A stretch of DNA of 64,000 bases from Hydrolagus colliei (lineage: Eukaryota), in contig CM068749.1 of the NCBI GenBank assembly GCA_035084275.1, positions 15,190,001 to 15,254,000 of the forward strand. Reading direction: 5' to 3'. Of the stretch, positions 12,901 through 23,125 are shown piece after piece; position 1 is the stretch's first letter; each line of letters opens with the position of its first letter. Under the pieces are notes generated by a model, which did not search any database, was not told where the DNA came from, and saw nothing but the letters and a program-made list of their open reading frames with translations. The position numbers and the translations under genes are program-made.

Positions 12901-14786
12901 ACACCATGAGCATGGATTCTTCGCATGCATTTGTTAACCTTGCGAACCAAAGCCCCACATGGAAGCTTCCTAGAAGTGATCATGATTATTACTGAACTCG
13001 GTGGAATTACCTGATTCCATTCAACTGGAGCTCAGTAGAGATAATATCACAGGTATTAGAAAACACATGCTACATGATTCATTATAAACTTTATGTGAAA
13101 CGATATAACTATATCCATGAGAATGGTTGTTATAATAAAATGTTTCAAAAATCAAATTGCAGTTACAATTATTCAGCAGGGTTTTGGTGAAACTAATTGT
13201 ATTTTCATATACATCCTTATTACATTGTTGAGATGACACGAAGGGCTTCACATGATTTTACTGTGAATGTTATAATTTTAATGTTGTGGAGGTCGATTTT
13301 GTTTTTAAAAAGGAAACATATGCGTCTACCTTCAATGATTTCAATTTAGAAAGAAAACTCATTGTAATTAAAAAAAACTTACTTTAAACAGAAGATCTAC
13401 TCTGAACAAAATTGATTTGTTAACATTATATTTAGTAATTATGATAAATCAATAAAAACCTTTTGTTAGCTTCAACAGATTGATGGCCTAAACTTGTGCA
13501 CTAATAACACTACAAGTGTAATACTTAGAAGCTCAGTGAATTTTGATAGTAATATACTTACTCCTGTTCAGAACCATTAGTTTTTCAGTCGTTAGTATTG
13601 AGCTTTTAGTTTTATCCATGGCTAAGCATTCAATATACTTGTCGCCGGATGCACTGAGATTTAATAGCCAGTGGTTGAATAGCCAGTGCAGTGATCCAAT
13701 TCAACACCCTGCCTTCACCTCCAGAGATATAAATTCAAACAATAATAGCTGTGGAATAATTGACTGGGTCTTTAAATTTATGAGAAGAATAAGGTAAGAT
13801 GGTCCAATGTAGACCATCTCACACAATACTCGCTGGAGCATTCCTCTTTTTTTATATCAAAGGTTAAAATGATCACTTCCACATTGGGGATAGGTATGTT
13901 TGATGAAAGAGGGTAAAACATTCCCAAAACTACCATTCAATTTGGACTTTCAGGAAAGGTATGACTTCCTCCAACAGAGAATGAAATGATTACTCAAAAT
14001 GTAATTGACGTTGTGAAGTGTTGAAAGAATGCAGTGTAATTTCCTTCAGCTCATAAAATCCCCGAAGGAGCAAATGTATGTGGATTCCATTGGAAATCAA
14101 CCTGACACATTTTGCACCTTTGATAGAGCCCAGCATGTCCTGTCAAATTTAAACAAGAGTAACAGCTTAGAGACATGTTAACACTTTATTTCACTCGGAC
14201 ACGTTTAAAAACACAGATACTGTCGCTAATTGAATGCAGTGTTTGTGGTGAACACTGTCACTGCTATAGAGAATACAAATCAAACCTATTCACTCCCTGC
14301 GCAGATTTTCGTTTCTCCATAGATGACTGTTCTCAGCTGCAAAATATTTGTTTTCTTTCTTTCATCAGATGAAGATGGAGTCTCTTTAAACACAACTATT
14401 GTGTGCAAGCTTGTGCGACAAAAGCAGTATTTTAAGAGGCAAGAGTATATGGAAAATTGCTGCTTAGATAGAACCTTTATGTCTTTATGTCCACCACTTC
14501 CCGAGTCCAGATCATCACACTACTAACTTTCAAATATTTCTTGGAATTGGAAGAAAACTTTCAAAATTACTTCCTTTAATGCTGAGACCTTTTCAAAATA
14601 TTTGTTAGCAGATAACTTTGGCAGATTTTAACCAAGCTTCAGAAAGAACTGCCTCTTCGCTGGCCTTTGTATTCTTTTAACAATGGTACATTTTGAAATA
14701 AACATTGTGCAACTATATTTGAAATTGTCATCTTGTGATTGAAAGCACAAAAACTTGTAAGACATCTGCCTGATGTAGGTACTGCA

Positions 14787-14982
14787 TGATAATAATCCCT
14801 TAAAAAAAACACAAAATTGTTCATTTCAATCCACAACTGCTGGGACACTGCTGTGTGCAGTTGGCTGCGGCATTTCACCCTCAAATATACAATAAATTAA
14901 CTTACAGTGTCATCTGTAATCACTTTGAGATGTCTAGAAGACGAGAAAAAGTGCTGTACCAAATGTATGGATTATTATTATT
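14787..14982 (+). mobile_element. 5'-truncated SINE, same family
   Basis: ATAATAATCCCT...TTTCAATCCAC...GCTGTGTGCAGTTGGCTGC...GATGTCTAGAAGACG...(ATT)n. Confidence 0.85.
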
Positions 14983-16359
14983 CTATCGTTGGCCTTAATG
15001 GCCAGTTGCATCAATTTCCTCATAATGGAGCGTCAATTTATGCCTTGCGCTTACAGCTGTTTTAATTCGTAGAAATTTCTCATACTTATCATGTTTTTAT
15101 GTCCAGTGATGTATATGAACAGGCAATGATGTCTGGATACCTAACAGAGAAGAGGGAGGTGACTGAAGGAATAGTCAAAGTGGTAGTTTTCCAAGAGTTT
15201 TTCAAAAATCAGTCATTTAATGTAATCGTGATAATAAGTGGTATAAGATATGATGTGTGTGCCAATATTTTCACTTGTTAGCATTTAATTGGAGTAGAAT
15301 GCACTCCCCTCTTAAAGGAAAAAAATTAAGTGGAAAAAGCTTTTATTTCTTTAAGTAAATTAAGATAATTGATATGAGCAGAGAAATGGTGGTTGCATTT
15401 CACAGATTGTAACAATTCATGGCTTTTTGATTGGATTTTTGAAACATTATAGCTTTTAGACCAATTTTAATTATTTATTGAATATTCCATTACTGCATTT
15501 GAATTATTAAAGCCGCAGTCTATTACAAAAGTTGAAATATTGCTGTGTTGGTGTTGAAATTCACCTTGATGTGGTTTGCACTTATAATTAGTTTTATATG
15601 GTTGAACACATAAATATGTTTATTGTGCAGATAACATCAACACCTTTGGGGGTTAGTATTTAATCCTTGTTAATAGGCAACATGATTGATCTGACATAGT
15701 ACTAATGCAAGTTTGCTTTTAACTTTGAAGTGCTGCTGCCATCTCAATTTTCTTGATACTTTCAGCACTGATTTGAGTCTGCTCAACTCTTTGTTTTCCT
15801 GCTAATAATCTTTACTACAGAACTGGATTGTGTTGATAGACGACAAGCAGCAGTAAGATTGCAGATCTCCCCTTCTCCCCTGCCCTAAGGAGCAAAATAC
15901 TGTACATTTTAGTCAAAAGTAACAAAACTATGCTATTCTGCAGGTTTATAACAAATAATGACTAGAAACAATTGTAAAAGCATTATATTCAGTTCAGCTG
16001 GTTTTTACAAAAAATGGAAAAAAATAAATGTGCCATCATGTTAAGACCTGCAATTAAAATAAATATATCAGCTGCATATTCTATCAAGTTTTCTTCTGGT
16101 TAGTTCAAATATTGTGGTCTTCCAACCAAGAATAGGCTTCAATGTCAGTGCTTTCCTGAGCTTGATTCAATCGGATATGATGTTAACATTCTTGTGATGG
16201 TACTGTTCTCTAAGTATAATCACCAGAATGCTTCTGATGAAAATCCCAGGTATCCAGAGTAGAACTTGACATTATATTAAAAATTGGCTTAAAAAGTAGA
16301 AAGAGTTCATCAGAAAAGTAATGCCAGAAGAGGAGGAAGGAGCAAGTTACATCCTGTAG

Positions 16360-16510
16360 GAATTGATTGCTTGGATTTTTGTAGTTTCTATAATTTGCAT
16401 CAATGATCTGGTTATCAAGAGTGTTTCCAAGCTTGTCAAATTGGCTGATGACATTAAAACAACGAGAACAGTCAATACAGAAGATGCAGCAGTTTTACAA
16501 GAGATTTTCA
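16360..16510 (+). mobile_element. CR1-like reverse transcriptase fragment
   Basis: ICINDL...SKLVKLADDIK...NTEDAAVLQE resembles CR1 IYINDL...KFADDTK...LQ-DL. Confidence 0.65.
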
Positions 16511-16766
16511 TTTGTTTTAAATCTTTCATAAGGAATGATGGGGGTGTGTTGAGTGGAGGAACGACACAGGGACAATGTAGTCTATCTATCACTAATGTGA
16601 ATGGAAGTGATGTTTTCATTATGAATTTCCATTGGGTTGTTTCTGTTATAAGTGGCTACAAGAAAGAACACTGGTGTTCCTACTGGTACAAGACAGACTT
16701 AGATCAAACTACATTATGCAATTGACTTTTTCTCAACCCCATTTTCTCTGTTCTATTTCCCTATGT

Positions 16767-17086
16767 GGAGGGCCTGTAGCTCTGTGGTTAGAGCACTCGC
16801 CTTAAAAGCGTGAGACCTGTGTTCGAATCCAGGCAGATCAGGGCGAAACCTTGGACAAGTTTCCTTACTCCACACACCTAATAATAATCCGTCAAAAAAA
16901 ACACAATAATAAAATTGGTAATTTCAATCCATGACTGTTTGTGGAACACTGCTGTGCGCAATTGGCTGCCGCATTTCGCCCACAAAAAATATACAGTCAA
17001 TTCACTTTACAGTATATTCTGTGAAGCGCTTTGAGACATCGATAAGATGTGAAAAAGCACTAAATCAAATGCAAGGATTATTATTA
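16767..17086 (+). mobile_element. Near full-length tRNA-derived SINE with Deu-like core remnant and L2-type tail
   Basis: A box TAGCTCTGTGG, B box GTTCGAATCC, core GCTGTGCGCAATTGGCTGCCGC, tail stem-loop GCGCTTTGAGACATC-GATAA-GATGTGAAAA, terminal (ATT)n. Confidence 0.9.
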
Positions 17087-17971
17087 AATTAGCATCAAGT
17101 GTACTGACCATACTTTATGTTGTTCCTTTAAAAGTAAACTACTTTATAGGACCGCAGCAAAACAAAATGTCATCATAAATTTACATTAACTCATGCTAAA
17201 CCAATATGTTTTGATATTACTGGGTGTTTGACCATAATTTGTTACATTTAATATAAAAATTGCTCAGTTTATCATTTACTTTTGCTGAAGTCAATACTTT
17301 AAACCCTGAGTGGCAGCAGGATTTAAGGCCTGAAATGAGACAGGATTTAAAATTTCTAAAGCCTCCAACGAGGATTATTGGCCTTGAACCTCCATAGCTG
17401 CCTTTTAGAGTCTTTGGTTTTAGAATGGCAGGATCAAGTACAAGCCACAGAGACAAATTCTTCAAAATTGGAGGGAAAATGTAAGTCCACCATTAATCAG
17501 TATTGTTCATCTTCAGGGAACAACTTCAGGGTCTCAGTTAACCCTTTCCCTGTTACAAAGTTAAAAGCAATGTTCACTTGAACAACATATTACTTTTTTT
17601 TCTCCTGATTATGAATTGCCATGCCTCAGAACCCCCATATCTTGTGCGGTCTGACAGTTTGGGTGGAGAAGGCTTTTCAGCAGATTTAGCCTCCTTCTAT
17701 TGTCAAATCATAGAATAATAATCTTACAGTCTGCCCCAAACTACATCAAGATATTTGTTGATTGCCACCCTACCTGGTAACCGAAGCCCATTTTGAAATT
17801 AGTGCAACAGCAATACTTCTCCAACCATAAATCATCTTATAAATATATTACCTCAGTAACATGTGTGATGGCAGCCAGTTATTATTAGTTGAAACCTACA
17901 CAAAAGGATTAGAAGTAGCAATGAAGTGTCAAGTATAAGCAGTACCCGCATCAAAGATATTAATATTCTTT

Positions 17972-18428
17972 GTACCAGGAATGAAGGACCTTAGTTATGA
18001 GGAGAGGTTAGCTAAACCAGGATTATTCTCCCTAGAGCAACGAAGATTAAGGCGGATTTAATAGAGGATTCCAAGTTTATGAGAGTATTTGATATGTTGA
18101 ACTGGGAAAAACTGTTTCCACTAGCATGTGGGTCAGTAACCTGAGGACACCAATTTAGGATAGTTGTTGAAAGAAACAGAAGGGAGGTTAGGAAATAAAA
18201 TGTCACCCCAGCAAGTTGTTCAGATCTGGAATACATTACCTGAAAGGGTGATGGAAGCCGATTCAATAACAACTTTTAAGAGAGAAGTAGATAGTTATTT
18301 GGGGAGGACAAGATTGTAGGGCTATGGAGAGAAAGCAGGCCAGCGGGATTGAGTTGGACAGCTCTTTTCAGAGCCGGCACAGACACAATGGGATGAATGG
18401 CCTCCTTCTGTGCTGGATGATTCTATGA
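17972..18428 (+). mobile_element. CR1 LINE 3' end
   Basis: Encodes VPGMKDLSYEERLAKPGLFSLEQRRLR (CR1 ORF2 C-terminal motif); 3' UTR GGGATGAATGGCCTCCTTCTGTGCTG and ATTCTATG terminal unit. Confidence 0.9.
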
Positions 18429-18566
18429 AAAGATATCAGACAATCACTCGTGTTTTCTGACCTTTTTTTTTAACTGGGTAACACGCACCCATAATTGAGA
18501 TACAGAAGACCTTTGAAAGTAATCATTTGTGAAAAGTAATAAGTGTGTTTTCATGTTCTTTTACAG

Positions 18567-18770
18567 AAAAAATCGATTCTTCTACTAAGCCTGATAATGG
18601 TGGCTTCACTATTTGCAGCGGTGTTTCACTATACACTTGAAGTGCCTCCACTGTTCCTTCAGCTTTATTTTGGTCAGGCTGAAGTTTTCAACAACCGAAG
18701 AGTTTTCAGTGACTTAAGAATTCAGCAGTCCCAATTTCTTCCAGGCTATATTAGTGTAACAACGCAACAG
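18567..18770 (+). CDS. ST6GALNAC3: ST6GALNAC3 coding exon 2: cytoplasmic tail end, type II transmembrane anchor and stem
   Basis: Acceptor ttcttttacag|AAA at 18566/7 and donor CAG|gtaaat at 18770/1; 204 nt, phase 0-0. Translates KKSILLLSLIMVASLFAAVFHYTLEVPPLFLQLYFGQ...GYISVTTQQ: basic residues then a hydrophobic helix, ending like human GYINVKTQE (recalled), in frame with the exon at 41505. Confidence 0.88.
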
Positions 18771-19215
18771 GTAAATACTGTACTGTCAGGGGTTCAAACC
18801 CTCTGCTTCATTAATTATTACAGGTGGGTAGAGTCCATGATATGTGGAAGGACATAAATATTGGTGGAAGCGTTGAATGGCCTTTATCTTTCGTATTCTC
18901 TGAACATGTTCTTTCATTGATATGAAAATAACTTAAGCAAATTTCTGCAGTATGTACTATTTGCATTCATAAGATGTTTTGGATCATCAGTCAAATTGAT
19001 TCCGATATTTCGTATAAAGTTGTTATTGACATTTTATGTGAAAGTACTTTGGGTTGTCATACTGTTTCTGCTAAAGTCAGTGCCTTAAGCTCTGAGCAGG
19101 GATTTAAAATTTGTAAAGCCTCCAACATAAATTCTGCCTTTAACTTGAAAAGCTACTTTTTCAGGATTTTTCAATTTGTCCTGGAAGGAATGGCAAATTG
19201 GGTTTGTTTTGTGGG

Positions 19216-19264
19216 TATCAATGAATTCTGTGAAACCTCATATCAATGAACTCTGTGAAATCTC
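19216..19264. repeat. Imperfect 25-bp tandem duplication
   Basis: TATCAATGAATTCTGTGAAACCTCA / TATCAATGAACTCTGTGAAATCTC. Confidence 0.85.
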
Positions 19265-20959
19265 TGAAGCGTAAATGTAGCATATTGTTGATTAGACATT
19301 ACATGGTGTGTTTTGTTATGAATGTGCTGCCTCCAAAAATCAAATGGTAGCACTAAATTATACCTTTGAAAAATGTGCAGCTGCAGATATCACTTATTAC
19401 ACAAAAGAAAAAAACCCAAATCTTTCAGGAAGAGTGAATTCATCCCAGCCATACACAGCAAATCAGCCTAATCAGCTTTTAGCATGCACTAATGTATTCA
19501 ACCAATCTATAGCTCAATCAATTTTACCATTACAGTGGACATTACAACATCAATGAAGAACAATGTACTGTACTAACAGAACTTATTTTACACGAGTAAT
19601 CCAGTTTCTATTTTGCATCGCTAGACAGCGCATGAAGCACTGAGTTCAAAACCCATGTTATTGTGAAAGTGACTGGAACTGAACTTTTCTTCTTTCATAA
19701 TCTGAAAGAACAGTCTTCTCATGGGTGTACTCAAATGTTGATTTCAAACCTGCAATTTCTCGTCATCTAAATGTGACTGGAGTAAACAACAACTAAAGTA
19801 CATTTTCATCGTTATGCACATTCTACTTTCAGCACATAACATGATCCATCATTATAACAATAGCCAGTGGCTCCTGGCTCCCTGTGGAATCTCAGAACCT
19901 GTAGCACCAGGAGACAAAATGCCTTTGAGTTTCACTGCAGAAATGTACTGAAATTCTGCTGATCATTTTGGATAAGTTCTTTTCACATACTGTGATGGGA
20001 TTTAATATTTATGGTAGGCAGATGCCAGTGTGTGTAATCTATCAGCTAAATTTTAAGTTAAGGCACTATCCATGAGGACAGATATGGAACAGCATTATAG
20101 CCTTATTGATTTATGGTCCTTAAAAGAATTGTGAAAAAAAACTAAGCAGTCATGAGTTTTAATTTCCTGTACATATTAATATAGATTCAAAAGATGAACA
20201 TTACTGTACTTGCATATTGTTTCAATGAAGATATCAAAATATCTCTTAATTCCTTAATCTTTTTTATGGTGAAAAACAAAACATAACAGCAGACTTAGTA
20301 GGTACAAGGATGTTGGAAAGTTTTTTTTTTAATGTTGTTGTTGGAGAGTGAATTAATCTTGCAGTGTTGCTTTTCAATTTTTTGCCTAGTCTCTTTTCTG
20401 ATCTTCCTGGGACACGGTAGACTGTTTCCTATTCCCAGAAAATTGTACCCACTAGCCATGAAGAGATATGAAAGGACACCCATATACATTTTGTTTACCA
20501 GCCTGTTGAAAAGGTTCCCAGCCTTCCACCACTTTGTTGTTCCAAACCCATCCCCTCACTCTCCCATTGCTTACTTGAGACAGTGAGGTTATAGATGAAA
20601 GTTATATGTTTTGGAGGAATGGAAGAATTTAGTAGGTGGACCTGATTTCAGTCCAGATAGACTACATTCAAAGTAGTTTATGTTATATCATTCATATTTT
20701 ATTAAAAGACAGCTGACTGAACATATGAGATTGAAGTTGTAAAGATAAATATACCTATAGGTGACCAAATATGGAATTCGACTCATATGTTCTAAATCTA
20801 ATTAGTGCCGCAGAAATGTCATCTATGATTGGACCCACTTGGCTTGAATTCTATAGATTTTAATGCTAGATTTCATCTTTTCTTTTGCTTTTACAGTTTA
20901 ATTCAAAGCTGTTGTGAACTAGCATTTTCAGTTCTGAATTTAGATATTTTGTAAACTGT

Positions 20960-21163
20960 ACAACAACAACAAAATTACATTTGTATAGCGTCTTTCATAT
21001 CAGGAGGACGTCCCAAGGCGCTGCACATTCAGTGTTTCTGACCCAAAGTGGGGTTGGGATTGGGGAGATTACAAATCTCCAATACATCAGACGTCCTCCC
21101 ATCATGAAAGGCGCTCTATAAATGTAATTTTGTTTGTTTGTTGTTCTTGTTATTTGTTGTTGT
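20960..21163. mobile_element. Two L2 3' tails in opposite orientation (minus 20960-21068, plus 21090-21163)
   Basis: (CAA)n-AATTACATTTG...GGAGGACGTCCCAAGGCGC at left; GACGTCCTCCC...GAAAGGCGCTCTATAAATGTAATTTTG-(TTG)n at right. Confidence 0.9.
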
Positions 21164-22624
21164 AAGTATAAAGTGAAGGATATGCTTAGGAAGAGCTAGA
21201 TTATAAATCAATGGATATATTGTAATACAATATATTGTTAAATGTTACTAGTAGGGAATTATATATGTGTCAGCTGTGTTCCCACCAGGAATTTGTCATG
21301 TGAGCAATCCTGAGCAGCAATCTTTGTCCTGTCCCTAGACTGCACAGTTAGGCATCATTTTCTTTTCAGTAATATTTCCACTGTGCTTTCCAAACCATTC
21401 AGTAGCATTGGGTGCTGTACGAGTTAACATTTAGCATGCGCTGCAATGGGAAATAAAACTGTCCCACCAACTGCAATGAGGGAATGAGTGAATGGCCAAT
21501 TAATCTTCTTTTTCCGGAATTTGTGTATGGGATTTATGCCAAAATGGGAAGGAGCTGAGTAGGTTTTGTTCATAAATTTAAGTTACAAATGGAGTAAGGA
21601 GATGGTGAAAGGCCTTTTGTTCGTATATACTTAATAACTAATTATCAAAAGTCATGTTTGTTAAGGTTGATAGAAAGCAACATGCAAATAATTTTTATCA
21701 AGATCTCTGCAGACCCAAATTTAAATGCAGGTAAATAATTGTTAACAAAGGTTAGTAACTTTGGATTATAATTGTTAAGCAATATATGAATTCCAAATTA
21801 GGTTGTGGGTTCACAGCACAGATCAATCTCTGCTTTGAAAGGAACCCAGGTTAAATGTACAGAGAATAGTAATCTTGCTCTTTCAATGATTTGGTTGAAG
21901 CTGCTTTCAAATTACAATGCCAAGCTGTTGCGGTCCTTGGAAGTGATCCATGTATTTGCTCTTTCATTACATGAAGAAAATGTTCCATTCTTCAGTAGGT
22001 TGTGGCAGCTTCCCAACTCTCGGCTCAGTCAGCAGCGGATCTGCCTCAGGAAACAATTTTGTTTGCTATTCAATGTTTCAGAAATATGAGATTTTGAAGA
22101 CCAGTTAAAGTTTGAATTTTGGACCAAAAATAATCGCATAAATTTGCTTGGAATGTTGCTGCCTATATTGCACTACAATAATTATCATGGGGGAGGTGGT
22201 GGTGGAGGGGCATTAACAATTGCAATGCAATTATATAACGCAAATCAGAACAATTAGTGAGTTGTTATTACAAACTCGTATTCAAAGTACAGTACGTCAC
22301 ATTGTAATAGACGTTTTGTCCGGTTTCAGGGGATGTAATTAATGTTTTCAACTGTCGCAAGCTGTATCAGTAACTAGGGATCACGTTGTTACTGGAAACA
22401 CTTTCCTTGAGGTCAGATCCTTTCACTTTATAAAATTATTTCATTCTGAGTGTTGGCAACTTCTAATCTTTAGAGTCAGTAGGGAAATATAAATGTCAAG
22501 ATCATGTTTCTCCCCACTCCGTGCCTCAATAAGTAGACTATTCAACCAGTTCCCACAACCAAAAAACAGTAAAACATCCGCAAGTCTTATCTTTATAAAC
22601 CATATAATAGCTGAAGTAGTACAC

Positions 22625-22685
22625 AATAATCCTTGCATTTGATATAGTTCTTTTCACATCTTATCGACGTCTCAAAGCGCTTTAC
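22625..22685 (-). mobile_element. SINE tail fragment
   Basis: Near reverse complement of 17024-17082. Confidence 0.85.
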
Positions 22686-23111
22686 ATGCAGCCAAATCCC
22701 ATTCAGTTTCCAGTCAAAACCACCTAGATTTCTTTGCACTAGTCATATTAATCATCCTCTAATTCATAATGGTGCTCCCCTACCCTCCATTACTCCTGCA
22801 CTTACCTGCTGCATTGAATCACAGGAAAATACGTCCTAAGTGCATGTGCATCTATGTTGCATCATTGAAAACTTGGCATGCGCAGAAGAACTTAATTTGC
22901 CTCCCTCTCCCTTGCTTCCTTCAGGACTCATTTCAAGACTCTGATATTCAACCGTGCAGTTGGTCACCATCCTACCCCTCCCCTCCCCTCCCTCCACTAT
23001 TTTTCAGGTGACCACATGTAAAATACACAAGTTTTCCATAAGGAGGTTTGACAATACAGTAAATTGTACTTTCACATTGGAATTAATTTGATATTGCTTT
23101 TCATAGTTAAT

Positions 23112-23125
23112 GGGGGGGGGGGGGG
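23112..23125. repeat. G14 homopolymer
   Basis: Run of 14 G. Confidence 0.95.

Noticed and set aside
14150-14540. Repeat-free stretch that looks like a conserved non-coding element or cryptic exon (similar impression at 49050-49200)
   Set aside because: Conservation cannot be judged from one sequence, and no convincing acceptor-donor pair or domain is present.
1-18566. Search for the short first coding exon (Met plus about five residues, phase-0 donor) and promoter
   Set aside because: ATG-donor candidates near 7821, 8231, 9015 and 13780 have the wrong phase, and the only CpG-rich patch is the MITE pair.
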